Source: Thermodesulfobacteriota bacterium (lineage in GTDB: Bacteria; Desulfobacterota; Desulfobulbia; Desulfobulbales; SURF-16). From it: a stretch of DNA of 64,000 nt. The stretch covers positions 78,719 to 142,718 of the forward strand of contig JBDLIE010000001.1 in the NCBI GenBank assembly GCA_039715015.1. The letters are read 5' to 3'. Positions 38,440-51,489 of the stretch are shown piece by piece. The translations under genes and the position numbers were made by a program. The notes under the pieces are model-generated. The model did no database searches. It was not told the origin of the DNA and saw nothing but the letters and a program-made list of their open reading frames with translations. Positions within the stretch are counted from its first letter, which is position 1. Each line of letters begins with the position of its first letter.

Positions 38440-39267
38440 ATGACGGGGAAGATAGGGTGGGGGGCATTGCTGCTGTTTTTTTGTTGTATTGGAACCTGTT
38501 TTTCTGCCCCCATCTTAGAGTCCCAAGTTCAAGAAGGTCATATCGGTAGTCCCGAACTTAATGAAATTTTTGACCTGGCCTCTTTGATTGATTGCCGCAG
38601 CCGTTTTGAGTATGACATTCTGCGCATGAAAAACGCAGTTCAGGTGCCAGCGGCAACTTTGGTCAGGGGGGATCTTGACTGGCTGCGGAAGAGAAATCCT
38701 CGAAAAGCCATTGTTTTTTATTGCAACGCTGATACCTGCTCCAGAAGCCTGTCGGTCTTCGGGCAAGCCGAAAAATGGGGGGTCAGGAATATTTACCTCT
38801 CCCGCCCCGGCATTCGTGAATGGGCGAAGGAACACCCTGATAAAGTTCTCTATTTTGGAAAAATTTTAGGAAATGATAACGAGGATCTGGACCGGCTTTT
38901 TGCCCCGGATCAATCCCAGTCAAACCCTCTGGCTCCCAGTAAGCTTGTTGCCGCCAGCCGTCAGCCTGGGGTTCTTGCTGTTGATATCCGTGACATAGTT
39001 GAGGGAGATCAATACACGATCACCCTTGCTAACCTGCAGCATTACCCGGTGGACAGACTTGTGAAATTCATCAAGAGCGGCAGCCGGAAAGTGGTCGGCA
39101 AAAAGATCTTCAGCCTTGACGCTGAAGGCTGCCAATCGAGCTGGCGTCAATTTCTTTTTGCTGATCTGCAGGTTCCTGATTATCTCTTTTTAAAAGGCGG
39201 AGCCAGGGCATGGCAAGGGCAGGGTCTTGACGAATTTGGCAACTCTGTTCACAGGGCAGTGAAGTGA
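38440..39267 (+). CDS. Secreted tandem rhodanese-domain protein
   Basis: Signal peptide; domain 1 [10 protein letters not shown]...[10 protein letters not shown]...GIREW; domain 2 VDIRD...SLDAEG...LKGGARAW. Confidence 0.8.
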   Translation: MTGKIGWGALLLFFCCIGTCFSAPILESQVQEGHIGSPELNEIFDLASLIDCRSRFEYDILRMKNAVQVPAATLVRGDLDWLRKRNPRKAIVFYCNADTCSRSLSVFGQAEKWGVRNIYLSRPGIREWAKEHPDKVLYFGKILGNDNEDLDRLFAPDQSQSNPLAPSKLVAASRQPGVLAVDIRDIVEGDQYTITLANLQHYPVDRLVKFIKSGSRKVVGKKIFSLDAEGCQSSWRQFLFADLQVPDYLFLKGGARAWQGQGLDEFGNSVHRAVK

Positions 39268-42200
39268 AAAATATCCGCATCCAAAATAAACTCTTTCTCA
39301 GCTTTCTTGTTATTGCTCTTATAGGAGGGGCAACGGCCCTTGTTAACCTTTTCAGCGCCCGTCAAATCTCCACAGGGGTCTCCTCTATTGGTCATAATCT
39401 AGAAAAGGTGCAGGCCATCATGGTTGTCCATGATCAGATGCAGGCGGTAATGGCCAAGGAAATGCGCCTCCTGGCCCGAGATCTTTCCGGTGTTGAGCGG
39501 CAAGCTCTTTATGATGAATTAACCGCAAGTTTCAAGGTGCTTGATAAGAAACTTCAAGCCTATGAAGCCCTGGCAGAAGACCCTCCGGAACAGCAGTTGT
39601 TGGCGACTTTCTGGGGCCAATGGCAGCAATGGCGCCAGGAAGGAGAGGCCTATCTTGAGTTGTGCCGTCGCCTTGACAGTACAGATATCCTCGACCCTCT
39701 TCAGTTTCAAAACCTCCTGTTTAAAAAGAAGGAGGAGGCCTTTCAGTGGCTAATGGCCTTGAACGAGGCAATAAGCAACGAAGCCTTGTTCAAGGGTCCA
39801 ATGAGCAAGGATGAGGGCCGTCTTGGTAAATGGCTTTTGGGGATCTCCACTGAGAACAGCTCTCTTGCTGTTGCCGTTGGCAAGGCCCGTAAATCCCTTG
39901 ATAATCTCTATCATTCGGCCACCAAGATCAACACCCTTATCGCTTCAGACCGGGTCAAGGTTGGCGGGCTGCTTGCCGCGGTTTTTGAGAGTGAAACATT
40001 ACCTGCGAAGCAGGAGCTTTTTACGGCCCTTGATTTGATGATTGTTGAAGCGGATAAGGCAGCAGAAATCTATGCCCTCATGGGCAGTCAGGTGGATGTC
40101 CTGTCGCAGCAGTTTGCCGAGATTAATAAAAATATAGCCCGGTTAACCACCACAAACAGTGAGCAGGCCGATAGGGTAATCGCTGACAGTCATTATGAAA
40201 TGACCCGGAGCAATAGCATTTCTGCCCTGGCCTTGCCTCTGGGTGGGGCAGCTGTATTCTTGCTCTCCTTGGTCCTGGGCAAACTCTTAGCAAGACCCCT
40301 GGTAAACCTTCATAGGGTTATTGAAAATTTTATGGAGAGCGGCGATTTTTCGTCAAAGGTCAAAGTTGAGGGCAACGATGAGATTGCCCGTGTTGGCCGC
40401 TCGTTTAATGCCATGGTGGATCAGCTTCACTTCTACTATCAGGAGCTTGAAGAGAAGAATGGGGATCTGAGCGAGGCCCAAGAGGAACTGAGTACCGCAA
40501 AGGAAGAGCTGGCAAGGGCAAATTTGGAGTTGGAGTCTCGCAGTGACTCGCTGGCTGCAAATGTCCGGGAGCGCACTGGAGAACTGGACGTCCAGCAGGG
40601 AAAAATGGAGGAGCTTAATGGCCAATTGGTGCAGAGCAACGACAAGCTTTTCCAGGAGATTGAAGAGCATCGAGCCACCCGCAAGGAGTTGCAGGCGGCA
40701 AAAGATGTTGCTGAGGCGGCTGATCGTACTAAGTCGGCCTTCCTTGCCAATATGAGTCACGAGATCCGCACGCCGATGAATGCCATTATCGGCTTAACCA
40801 GCCTGGCCCTCAAACAGGAGGTCTCAGCAAAGGTTCTTGATTATCTGACCACGGTGAAGAAATCGGCCAGAGGACTTTTGGCTGTCATCGATGATATTCT
40901 TGATTTCTCAAAGATTGAAGCTGGCCATATTGAGCTTGAGAAGATCAATTTCAATCTCAATGATGTTCTCGACAATATCAGGACGCTGTTTAACCAAAAA
41001 GCACTTGATAAGAATGTCGGTTTTACTGTCCGCAGCCATGATGATGTCCCCTTGCATCTTGTTGGCGACCCACTCCGTCTCAGCCAGGTTCTGATTAACC
41101 TGACCGGCAATGCCTTGCGATTCACCGAAGAGGGGCAGGTGAAAGTAAAGGTTGCTCTCCAGCAGAGCCACGGTAAGAAGGTGGAGCTTCTTTTTACAGT
41201 TTCCGACACCGGCATTGGTATTGATGAGGATCAGCATGAATTTCTTTTTGACGTTTTTTCCCAAGCCGATGAATCAATTTCACGGCAATTTGGCGGGGCC
41301 GGCCTGGGTCTTGCCATTAGTAAGAGGGTCGTAGAGCGTTGTGGTGGTCAAATATGGCTTGAAAGTGTTCCTGGCCGCGGCTCGGCCTTTCATTTTTCGG
41401 CCCCCTTTGAGCGCCAGGTGCAGGTTGATCTTCCGTCAAAGTATAAGGATATGTTTGTCGGCCGCAGGGTTTTGGTTGTTGATGATAATAAGCTGTTCCG
41501 CCATTTTATGGCCAAGATGTTTAGCTCTTTCTACTTTGAGGTGGAAAGCGCTGAAACCGGGGAAAATGGCCTGGAAAAATTGCGGGAAATGGCCAGCCTG
41601 CGCGCCTTACCCCATGTGATCCTTCTTGGTCAGACCATGGCGGGGATGGATGGCTTGAGCCTGGTTAAGGTGCTGGCCCAGGAATCTGTTTTTGCCGATA
41701 TCCCCGTTATCATGATTTTTGCAGATGGCCAGGATGCCGAGTTGCGGCAAAAGGCCGAAAAATTGGGAGTTAAGGCTGTCTTAAGTAAACCTGTGAAAAG
41801 GGAGCTGCTCCTTTCTGCCCTTGTTATGCTTTTGCCGGGCGCTTCTCCTTCTGGGCTGGCAGAAAAATCACCCAGTACGAATCTGCTTTTGGTAGATCGG
41901 CGTATTTTGCTTGTTGAGGATAATTCCATCAACCGCAAGGTGGCCTCTGAGCTTCTCCAGAATGCCGGAGCCCAGGTTGAAACGGCAGTGGACGGTCTAG
42001 ACGCCTTGGAAAAGGTGGAAAAGGGCTTTGATGCGGTTTTGATGGACGTTCAGATGCCACGGCTTAACGGTATTGATGCCACCAAACAGATCCGTCAGCG
42101 TCCTGAACTAAAGAGGTTGCCCATTATTGCCATGACGGCCCGGGCCATGAAAGGCGACCGGGAGAAGTGCCTTGCGGCGGGTATGGATGACTACATCGCC

Positions 42201-42919
42201 AAGCCCATTGAGCCAGATCTCCTTTTCCAAACATTGACTGATGCCATTGCCAGAGGTAATGGAGAGGGAGTCGTCCAATCCTCACAAGGGTTGGGTTTCA
42301 GTGATGAAGATTTTGTGATCCCGGGTATAGATGTGGACAAGGCCCTGTCTCGGATAAATAACAACGTTGAGCTTTTTAGAAAGTTACTTGCTGAGTTTAG
42401 CGCAGATAATGAAAATGTTATTGGCGACATGCACTCCTACTTCCAAGCTGGACAGACCGAAAAGGTTATTCATATTATCCACACCCTGAAAGGGGTTGCT
42501 GGAAATTTAGGGGCAAGTGGCCTTGAGGAGACTGCCAAGGCAGTAGAACACTCTTTGCGCTGGGAGGGCTCCATGCCCTCAGATCGGATGGCCAGCTTAG
42601 AAAGCCGCCTTCATGAGGTGTTGGAGGGGGTTAGGAGGTATGTGCTAAGAAATAATGGGGAGGCAGAGGGCGCTCATTTTGGTCCCCTTCCCCCCTTACC
42701 AGAAGATGATGAACTGCAGGGTATTTTGTCAACCCTCCACGGCCATGTCGAGGCCAATACACCCAGGGCGGGCAAGTTTCTCCAGGAACTGCCCATCTAC
42801 GACAATGAGGATTTTGCACAAGGCCGCAGGGAAATTCAATCCTTGCTTGAACAATTCGATTTTGAGGCGGCAAGGTTTGCCCTCTTAAGGTTGGCAGAAA
42901 AATTGGGGGTACAGATTTA

Positions 42920-42920
<1 letters not shown>
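39264..42920 (+). CDS. Membrane hybrid sensor kinase (periplasmic helical sensor-HAMP-HisKA-HATPase-REC-REC-Hpt)
   Basis: Two TM helices, [13 protein letters not shown] (HAMP), [26 protein letters not shown], two REC domains, [13 protein letters not shown] (Hpt). Confidence 0.93.
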
Positions 42921-44662
<1,742 letters not shown>

Positions 44663-44699
44663 CAGCAGTTCTCATCGGGGGCCAAGAACCCCTTTCTTA

Positions 44700-45751
44700 T
44701 TAGTCATCCTTTTCGGTATGACAGGTATAGCAACCGGTGCCAGCCGGCATATTGACATAGTCCCAGCGCAGCATGTCAGGCTGATCAGAGCCATGGGCCC
44801 GGTGGCAGGAGAGACAGGTAACCACTGTTTCTCCTCGATGAGGAGCTGCAGGAGCGAGGTAGGCTACCGGCGCCTCATTGCTGTAATTGATGGCCGGGTC
44901 ATAGGCCGCGTATTCAGTTGCGACGTCGTCCGGCAGTAAAATATCGGTTGGATGGCGGATCCAGGGGCTTGAAACCCCCATGTCCTCATGGAAGTCTGTG
45001 TGGCATCCTTGGCAGAAGGCAGAAGCGGTGTGCTGGTCATTGAGGCCTGAACCCCAGAAATATGTTGCGTCAGTGCCGAGATAGACATTGCGGTCTGCGG
45101 AGCTGGTTATTGCATTTTGCTCCCAGTCCGGAGCCTCAAGGCCTGAGACATAGGCGCCATCACTCATGTGACCCTTGAGGAAGCGAAACCATGGTTTGGT
45201 GTCGTCGTGATGGGCAACCTCGGTGTGGCAGCCCTGGCAACCGGTTTGCTTAAGAAAGTTCAGGTTCGGATCAAGGGCAAGACTCCTGTGACAGCTGTTG
45301 GCACAGCCGCTGAAGTTGATGCCCGGCGCCCCCTCGGCTGGGGTGATGTTGTTGTCAGGGACGGAAATTCCAAAAACATTGTGGCCAAAGACATCATTTG
45401 CCGCTGATCCACCGCCTTGGGCAACCCAATAAAAATTACCGCCGGCCAAGGGATTGGTGGGAGCCACGGTATTGTAGACAATGGGGGTGCGGTCGACGAT
45501 GGTCTGGGCTGTGGTGCTTGAGTGACAGCCTATACAGTCCTCAGTGAGCAGGTTGGTGCCGGTGTAACCACCATGGGCGAACCGTCCTGACTATCATGCA
45601 TGGTGTGGCAGTCGGAACAGGCGCCTTGGACCTGGGCTTTAATTGATTCGCTTGCCAAGCAGAAGGTGGCCAGCACTATACAAAAAAATAACCCCTTGTT
45701 TCTCTTTGTATTTTTGAGGCTATATGGGCAGGAGTCAACAGATTCGTTCAT
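44700..45751 (-). pseudogene. OmcS-like secreted multiheme cytochrome c, split by a 1-nt deletion (or sequencing error)
   Basis: Adding one base near 45552-45557 joins CSDCHTMHDSQ to NLLTEDCIGCH...GGNFYWV. Motifs: CSDCH, CIGCH, CANSCH, CQGCH, CQGCH, CLSCH, CYTCH. Hydrophobic signal segment before the first heme. Confidence 0.85.
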
Positions 45752-45810
45752 CTTCTTTTTTTTCCGGTAAAAGTTCTCTGCGGTGGCGTTTTGTTGCACA
45801 GAATAAGAAG

Positions 45811-45826
45811 AGCAATTTTTGCGCCA
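45811..45826 (-). promoter_or_regulatory. sigma54 (-24/-12) promoter of the cytochrome gene
   Basis: Minus strand reads TGGCGCAAAAATTGCT, an exact GG-N10-GC spacing, 60 nt upstream of the ATG at 45751. Confidence 0.75.
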
Positions 45827-45966
45827 CTTTTTTAAAAAAAAGAACGCCTAGTGCAAGCTAGGTTTTTCTTTGAGAAGAAAGGGGAACAGCAGATTCCCAG
45901 GAAATAGAGCAGGGCAAAGGCAGAATCGAAGTGGCCAGAATTTGGTGAGGGGTAGCTAGAAAATGG

Positions 45967-46056
45967 TGGCGGAGAGAGAGGGATTCGAACCCTCGGTGGC
46001 TTTTACACCACACTCGCTTAGCAGGCGAGCACCATCGGCCTCTCGGTCATCTCTCC
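45967..46056 (-). tRNA. tRNA-Ser(GCT)
   Basis: GGAGAGATGACCGAG...CT-GCT-AA...long variable arm...GGTTCGAATCC...CTCCGCCA. Confidence 0.96.
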
Positions 46057-46106
46057 GGCCATGTTTTGAAAGCAGCCCGCTTAGGGGGCTGAGACATGCA
46101 ATAAAA

Positions 46107-46192
46107 TGGCGGAGGAAGTAGGATTCGAACCCACGGAGCTTTCGCTCAACGGTTTTCAAGACCGCCGCCTTCGACCACTCGGCCATTCCTCC
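46107..46192 (-). tRNA. tRNA-Ser(TGA)
   Basis: GGAGGAATGGCCGAGTGG...CT-TGA-AA...GGTTCGAATCC...CTCCGCCA. Confidence 0.96.
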
Positions 46193-46299
46193 ACACACAC
46201 TCCTGCAGGCAGGAAGAGCCTTTTGTACCATTTCAGAAAAGGGCTGTCAATATCATGCTGCACCATGATTCGGGACTTTTCTTGAGCTCCCCTTTTATC

Positions 46300-47661
46300 C
46301 TAGCCTTGTCTCAGTGAGTTAAAGTAGCTCAGGGCCTCCTGAAGGGAAGAGACCCCATGGATTTTCATGTTCTTGAGAGGGGCGGGGGGAGTATTCCCTT
46401 TGGGGATAATGGCTTCTGTGAATCCATGCTTAGCAGCCTCTTTGAGGCGTTCGATGCCACTTGAAACAGGTCGAATTTCCCCGGCAAGGCCCACTTCTCC
46501 GAAAATTACCAGGTGGCGAGGAAGGGCACTGTCGCGCAGGCTTGAAACCATGGCCATGATCAGGGCCAGATCCACTGATGTTTCGTTAACGCGGACACCA
46601 CCAACAACATTGATGAAAACGTCCTGGTTGGCAGTGGGAATGTTGCCATGCTTATGGAGCACAGCCAAGAGCATGGCCAGGCGGTTATGCTCCAGACCAA
46701 CGGTGATGCGCCGGACATGCTCAGAGGAGGATTCGTCTACCAGGGCCTGAATTTCGACAAGCAGGGGTCTGCTGCCCTCCCAGACCACCATAACCACGGA
46801 ACCGGCCATGTCTTCCTGCTCTCGGGAAAGAAAAATGGCTGAGGGGTTGCGGATCTCTTTGAGGCCGGTGTCGGTCATGGCAAAGACGCCAATCTCATTC
46901 ACCGCCCCAAAGCGATTTTTAACGGCCCGCATAATACGAAAACGGCTATCGAGGTTTCCTTCGATATAGCAGACAACATCAATGATATGTTCCAGAACGC
47001 GGGGGCCGGCAAGGTCGCCTGATTTTGTGACATGACCGACCAGGAAGATGGCCGTGCCGCTTTGCTTGGCAAAGCTGGTGAGACGGGCTGCAGCTTCCCG
47101 TACCTGGGAGACGGAACCAGGAGCTGAGGAGGTCTCGGCGCTCTGCATGGTCTGGATGGAGTCAATGACCATGACCTCTGGCCTTTCTTTGTCGGCAATG
47201 GCGCATATCTGCTCCACCTGGGTTTCAGCCAGCAGCAGAAGGTGTTGGTCGGGAAGGCCAAGACGCTTGGCCCGCATGGCGATCTGTTGCAGGGATTCTT
47301 CGCCACTGACATAGAGGACCTTGCGTTTTTCACTGAGGTGGCAGCAGACCTGGAGGAGGCCTGTGGATTTACCCACCCCAGGGTCACCACCAATAAGGAC
47401 CACGGATCCGCGCACAAGCCCACCCCCGAGAACCCGGTCAAGCTCGATCATGCCGGTGGTAATACGGGGGGAAGACTCCAGTTCAATATCGGCCATGGCC
47501 TGCACTGTTTGCAGGGCGCCACTGTAACCGGTAAAAGAGGGGGCTTGGATCTCCTGCTCGCTGATACTGTCCCAAGCCTGACATTCCTGGCATTGGCCGG
47601 CCCATTTGCCAAAGGACGCACCACACTGGTTGCAGGCGAAGAGGCGTTTTGCTTTAGCCAT
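46300..47661 (-). CDS. radA: DNA repair protein RadA/Sms
   Basis: C4 zinc finger, GGDPGVGKST, KNRFG, GEVGLAGE. Confidence 0.97.
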   Translation of the reverse strand: MAKAKRLFACNQCGASFGKWAGQCQECQAWDSISEQEIQAPSFTGYSGALQTVQAMADIELESSPRITTGMIELDRVLGGGLVRGSVVLIGGDPGVGKSTGLLQVCCHLSEKRKVLYVSGEESLQQIAMRAKRLGLPDQHLLLLAETQVEQICAIADKERPEVMVIDSIQTMQSAETSSAPGSVSQVREAAARLTSFAKQSGTAIFLVGHVTKSGDLAGPRVLEHIIDVVCYIEGNLDSRFRIMRAVKNRFGAVNEIGVFAMTDTGLKEIRNPSAIFLSREQEDMAGSVVMVVWEGSRPLLVEIQALVDESSSEHVRRITVGLEHNRLAMLLAVLHKHGNIPTANQDVFINVVGGVRVNETSVDLALIMAMVSSLRDSALPRHLVIFGEVGLAGEIRPVSSGIERLKEAAKHGFTEAIIPKGNTPPAPLKNMKIHGVSSLQEALSYFNSLRQG

Positions 47662-47666
47662 GGGAA

Positions 47667-47969
47667 TTAGTAGATCTTGAGCTGTTTGGCCTCTTTTTCA
47701 ATGATGGCCAGTTGCTGCTTGTAATACTTGAGGCATTTCTTGATATAGGCGTTGCGCGCCCCCTTGGTGTCGAGGATACCCGGCTCAAAGGGAGTGTCCT
47801 TGCAGGCGAGAAGCAGAAGAGGAGGGGTAAGTTTCTTATCTTCCAGGGTTTTTATTTTGCCTTCATAGTAGGACTTGTAGGTCTGAACCCTGGCTCTCCT
47901 CTGAGAGCGAGACGTACCATCCTTCATTAAGCCGTCTATTTTTTTTTTCTTGCTGAAAAAACCGAACAT
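47667..47969 (-). CDS. Small basic hypothetical protein
   Basis: MFGFFSKKKK start, 100 aa, 5 nt upstream of radA. Confidence 0.65.
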   Translation of the reverse strand: MFGFFSKKKKIDGLMKDGTSRSQRRARVQTYKSYYEGKIKTLEDKKLTPPLLLLACKDTPFEPGILDTKGARNAYIKKCLKYYKQQLAIIEKEAKQLKIY

Positions 47970-48098
47970 GGTCACTCTTAGCCTTTGTTGTTTGTGGGAA
48001 AAGAGAGCATCAAAAAGATAGATGTCCCAGGCCATACCCCCTATCATCTCCCCATAATAAAAGAAAAAAAACAATAAAGCCAACGCTCTTTTACCAGG

Positions 48099-49235
48099 TC
48101 AGACGAGTTTTGTCAGGACCTGGTTGGCAACAGCCAGGCAGTTTGGGGCAAGGCGGATCATGTTTCCCTCCCTTATCACCATTTCCCTGCTTGTAAGATC
48201 CGTAAGGATATTTCCGTAGACCTCCTGGGCTGAGAGCTGAAAACGGTTCTCAAGAGTGGTGAGATTAAGGCCGCTAAGCAGACGTAGGCCCATAACCATT
48301 GATTCGCGAAAACGGCCTGCGGGGCTGAGACATTCGGCCTGGGTGATGGTTGTTTTTTTCTGGCGAACCATGTCCATAAAGTAATGGGGGTCAGGCTGAT
48401 GGCTGATACGAAGCCCATCGAGGCAGGAAACGGCTCCGGAACCCAGGCCAAGGTAAGAGCCGTTATGCCAGTAGTTGATGTTATGGCGGCACTGGTAGCC
48501 GCTCTGGGCGTAGTTAGAGATCTCATAACGCTGGAGAGAGGGGCCAAGCAGGGCAGCGGTTGCCTCTTCCATGTCGGCCACAAGATCTTCAGCGGGCAGA
48601 GGAAGAGAACCCTTATCCTGCAGGTGGCTAAAGGGCGTACCAGGTTCGACAGTAAGTTCGTAAAGTGCGAGGTGTTCAGGAGACAGGCTGAGGGCTTGGT
48701 CCAGATCCTCTTGCCAGCTGGTCAGGCTCTGGCCGGGAAGGCCATAGATAAGGTCAATGTTGATATTTTTAAAGCCACTCTGGCGAGCCACGGCCACGGC
48801 CGCCACGGCCTGTTGCCCTGTATGGGCCCGGTTCAGGGTGGTGAGGAGGGTGTTGTTAAAGGACTGCACTCCGATGCTGAGTCGATTGACCCCTGCCTGG
48901 CGCAGGATGGAAAGAGAGTCCTGGTCAATACTGTCTGGGTTTGCCTCCATGGAGATCTCGGCTTGATCGTTCATGTTAAAATGGCTCCGGCACTGACTCA
49001 GGATATCTGCAAGTTTTTGGGCTGAAGCCAGGCTGGGAGTACCGCCGCCGATAAAAAGAGTGGAGAATCTATGTGACTTGCTCCAGGGAAGGGCGGCATA
49101 GGAGGCGATTTCCTGGGTCAGCAGGTCAAGATAGCCGTCAACCGTACTTCTATTTGCCGCAACGGAATTAAAGGCGCAGTACCCACATTTGGAGCGGCAG
49201 AAGGGGATGTGGAGGTAGAGACCTGCCCCGTTCAT
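48099..49235 (-). CDS. hemW: Radical SAM heme chaperone
   Basis: LYLHIPFCRSKCGYCAF, GGGTPS, YEISNY, HNINYW. Confidence 0.92.
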   Translation of the reverse strand: MNGAGLYLHIPFCRSKCGYCAFNSVAANRSTVDGYLDLLTQEIASYAALPWSKSHRFSTLFIGGGTPSLASAQKLADILSQCRSHFNMNDQAEISMEANPDSIDQDSLSILRQAGVNRLSIGVQSFNNTLLTTLNRAHTGQQAVAAVAVARQSGFKNINIDLIYGLPGQSLTSWQEDLDQALSLSPEHLALYELTVEPGTPFSHLQDKGSLPLPAEDLVADMEEATAALLGPSLQRYEISNYAQSGYQCRHNINYWHNGSYLGLGSGAVSCLDGLRISHQPDPHYFMDMVRQKKTTITQAECLSPAGRFRESMVMGLRLLSGLNLTTLENRFQLSAQEVYGNILTDLTSREMVIREGNMIRLAPNCLAVANQVLTKLV

Positions 49236-49945
49236 TTTGCTGCCTGCCTCTCTTGTTCAATCTCAGCCATCAGCCCATGGTCGGCAAAGCTGTAGGGCTT
49301 ATTGCCGCTGCCGATGATAAGGTGATCCAGGAGACGGATATCAAGGAGGGTGCAGGCCTGATGGAGGGTACGGGTAAGGTCAAGGTCTGCCTCTGAGGGC
49401 AGACAGTTGCCGGAGGGATGGTTATGGGCGATGACCAGGGCAGCAGCACCTCGGGCCAGGGCCGCCTTCACCAGTTCGCGGGGGTAGATGGTGTTGTTGG
49501 CCAGGGTGCCCTCAAAAAGAATTTCAGTATCAAGAATGGCGAAAGAGGAGTCCAGGTAGATGACCTTGAATACCTCTTTAGAGAGATGGCGCATGGCGTG
49601 GTTCAGGTAGTCGGCAACCTCCCTGGAGGAGCGCAGGTAATGACGGCTGATGAGGCGCTGGCCCAAGAAACGGCGGGCTACATCATGGATGAGGCTGAGG
49701 GCAAAGCTGTTTTGCGGCCCCACCCCTTTTACCTGCTGTAACCTGTCAGGGGATGCCTCCAAAACTTCAGCCAGGGAGCCGCATTCCTTGAGCAGGTCTC
49801 GGGCGGTTTTTTTGCAGCCTTTGCGGGGGGTGCCCAGGGTGAGCAGGAGTTCCAAGACCTCGTCATCGGTAAGGGCGCTGATGCCAAGGTCATGGTATTT
49901 GTCACGCAGGCGCTGGCGGTGGCCGTGATTGTTTGGCTCGGGCAT
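49232..49945 (-). CDS. radC: RadC family JAB-domain protein
   Basis: GHRQRLR, HhH motif VKGVGP, AHNHPSG...SEAD, LLDHLII. Confidence 0.93.
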   Translation of the reverse strand: MPEPNNHGHRQRLRDKYHDLGISALTDDEVLELLLTLGTPRKGCKKTARDLLKECGSLAEVLEASPDRLQQVKGVGPQNSFALSLIHDVARRFLGQRLISRHYLRSSREVADYLNHAMRHLSKEVFKVIYLDSSFAILDTEILFEGTLANNTIYPRELVKAALARGAAALVIAHNHPSGNCLPSEADLDLTRTLHQACTLLDIRLLDHLIIGSGNKPYSFADHGLMAEIEQERQAAK

Positions 49946-50047
49946 GGTAGGGGCACGCTCCTACTGGTTTGTTACGAAAAGGTGGAGCTGAAAAAATGGT
50001 GGTTCATAGCTCTTCAGAGTCTTACAGCTATCTGTTCTCTATTCCTT

Positions 50048-51481
50048 CTACTTGCCAAGTTCCTGGCCAAAGAGCTTGTTGGCCATCTGGGGGTTGGCCT
50101 TACCTTTGCTGGCCTTCATAAGCTGGCCGACAAAAAAGCCCATGACCTTGGTCTTGCCCTCTTTGAATTGTTGGACCTGCTCAGGGTTGGCGGCCAGAAT
50201 TTCCTGAACCATCTTGAGGATTTCCCCTTCGTCACTGACCTGGACCAGGTTCTTTTCCTTGACGATGGTATCGGCGTCCTTGCCGCTGGTAACCATCTCT
50301 TCAAAAACGGTCTTAGCAATCTTACCGCTGATGGTACCCTTGTCGATCATGGCCATTAACGCCGCCAGGTTACCGGGGTTCACCGGGAAGGTGGCAATGG
50401 CCATGCCTTCCTCGCCCTTAAGGACACGCATGACCTCGGTCATGATCCAGTTGGCAAGCTTCTTGGCATTATCGTAGTTGGCCAGAGCTGCCTCGAAATA
50501 ATCGGCCAGGGCTCGTTCAGCGGTGAGAATAACAGCTTCTTCGTCGCCCAGTCCTAGCTCATCTTTGAAGCGTTCTAGGCGTTGGTCTGGCAGTTCCGGC
50601 AGGTTCCCTTTGACCCGGTCAATCCACGGCTCGTCAATAACCACCGGCACCAGGTCCGGGTCGGGGAAATAGCGGTAATCATGGGCCTCTTCCTTGCCGC
50701 GCATGGAATTTGTCGCCTGCTTGTCCGGGTCCCACAGAAGGGTCTGTTGGGTGATTTTGCCGCCGTCAAGAAGGATGTCGCGTTGGCGGCGCACCTCGTA
50801 CTCCAGGGCTTTCTGGACGTTACGAAAGGAGTTCATGTTCTTAAGCTCGGTGCGGGTGCCTAACTCTTCCTGGCCCACGGGCCGCAGCGAGATGTTGGCA
50901 TCACAGCGGAAGCTGCCCTCCTGCATATTGCCGTCACAGATATCAAGATAGGTGACAATGGCATGCAGTTTTTTGAGATAGGCAGCGGCTTGCTTAGGAG
51001 AGCGGATGTCCGGCTCGGAAACGATTTCTAGGAGAGGCGTGCAGGCGCGGTTGAGGTCCACATAGCTTTTTGGTTCCCGGTCATCATGGACCAGCTTGCC
51101 GGCGTCCTCTTCCATGTGGATACGAGTGAGACCTATGCGGCTCCCCTTACCATCCACTTCAATATCGAGATGGCCATGTTCGCAGATGGGCAGGTCAAAC
51201 TGGGAGATCTGGTAGCCCTTGGGAAGGTCTGGGTAGAAATAGTTTTTGCGGGCAAAAACGTTTTTGCGGCTGATTTCACAATTGGTGGCCAGGCCCAATT
51301 TAATGGCCGATTCCACCACCTCCCTGTTCAAAACAGGCAGGACGCCAGGCATACCTAAACAGACCGGGCAGGTATTGGTGTTGGGCGGCCTGCCGAACTC
51401 GGTGGTGCACGAACAAAAAATCTTGGATTTTGTCTTCATCTGGGCATGGACTTCCAGCCCGATCACTATCTCAAATTCCAT
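50048..51481 (-). CDS. gatB: Asp/Glu-tRNA amidotransferase subunit B
   Basis: [42 protein letters not shown]. Confidence 0.98.
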   Translation of the reverse strand: MEFEIVIGLEVHAQMKTKSKIFCSCTTEFGRPPNTNTCPVCLGMPGVLPVLNREVVESAIKLGLATNCEISRKNVFARKNYFYPDLPKGYQISQFDLPICEHGHLDIEVDGKGSRIGLTRIHMEEDAGKLVHDDREPKSYVDLNRACTPLLEIVSEPDIRSPKQAAAYLKKLHAIVTYLDICDGNMQEGSFRCDANISLRPVGQEELGTRTELKNMNSFRNVQKALEYEVRRQRDILLDGGKITQQTLLWDPDKQATNSMRGKEEAHDYRYFPDPDLVPVVIDEPWIDRVKGNLPELPDQRLERFKDELGLGDEEAVILTAERALADYFEAALANYDNAKKLANWIMTEVMRVLKGEEGMAIATFPVNPGNLAALMAMIDKGTISGKIAKTVFEEMVTSGKDADTIVKEKNLVQVSDEGEILKMVQEILAANPEQVQQFKEGKTKVMGFFVGQLMKASKGKANPQMANKLFGQELGK

Positions 51482-51489
51482 GGGAATAC

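Noticed and set aside
45956..46231. 91-aa ORF across the tRNA-Ser pair
   Set aside because: It is a translation of the tRNA genes.
49232..49945. radC as a mobile-element marker
   Set aside because: Full-length HhH-containing form overlapping hemW in a housekeeping context.
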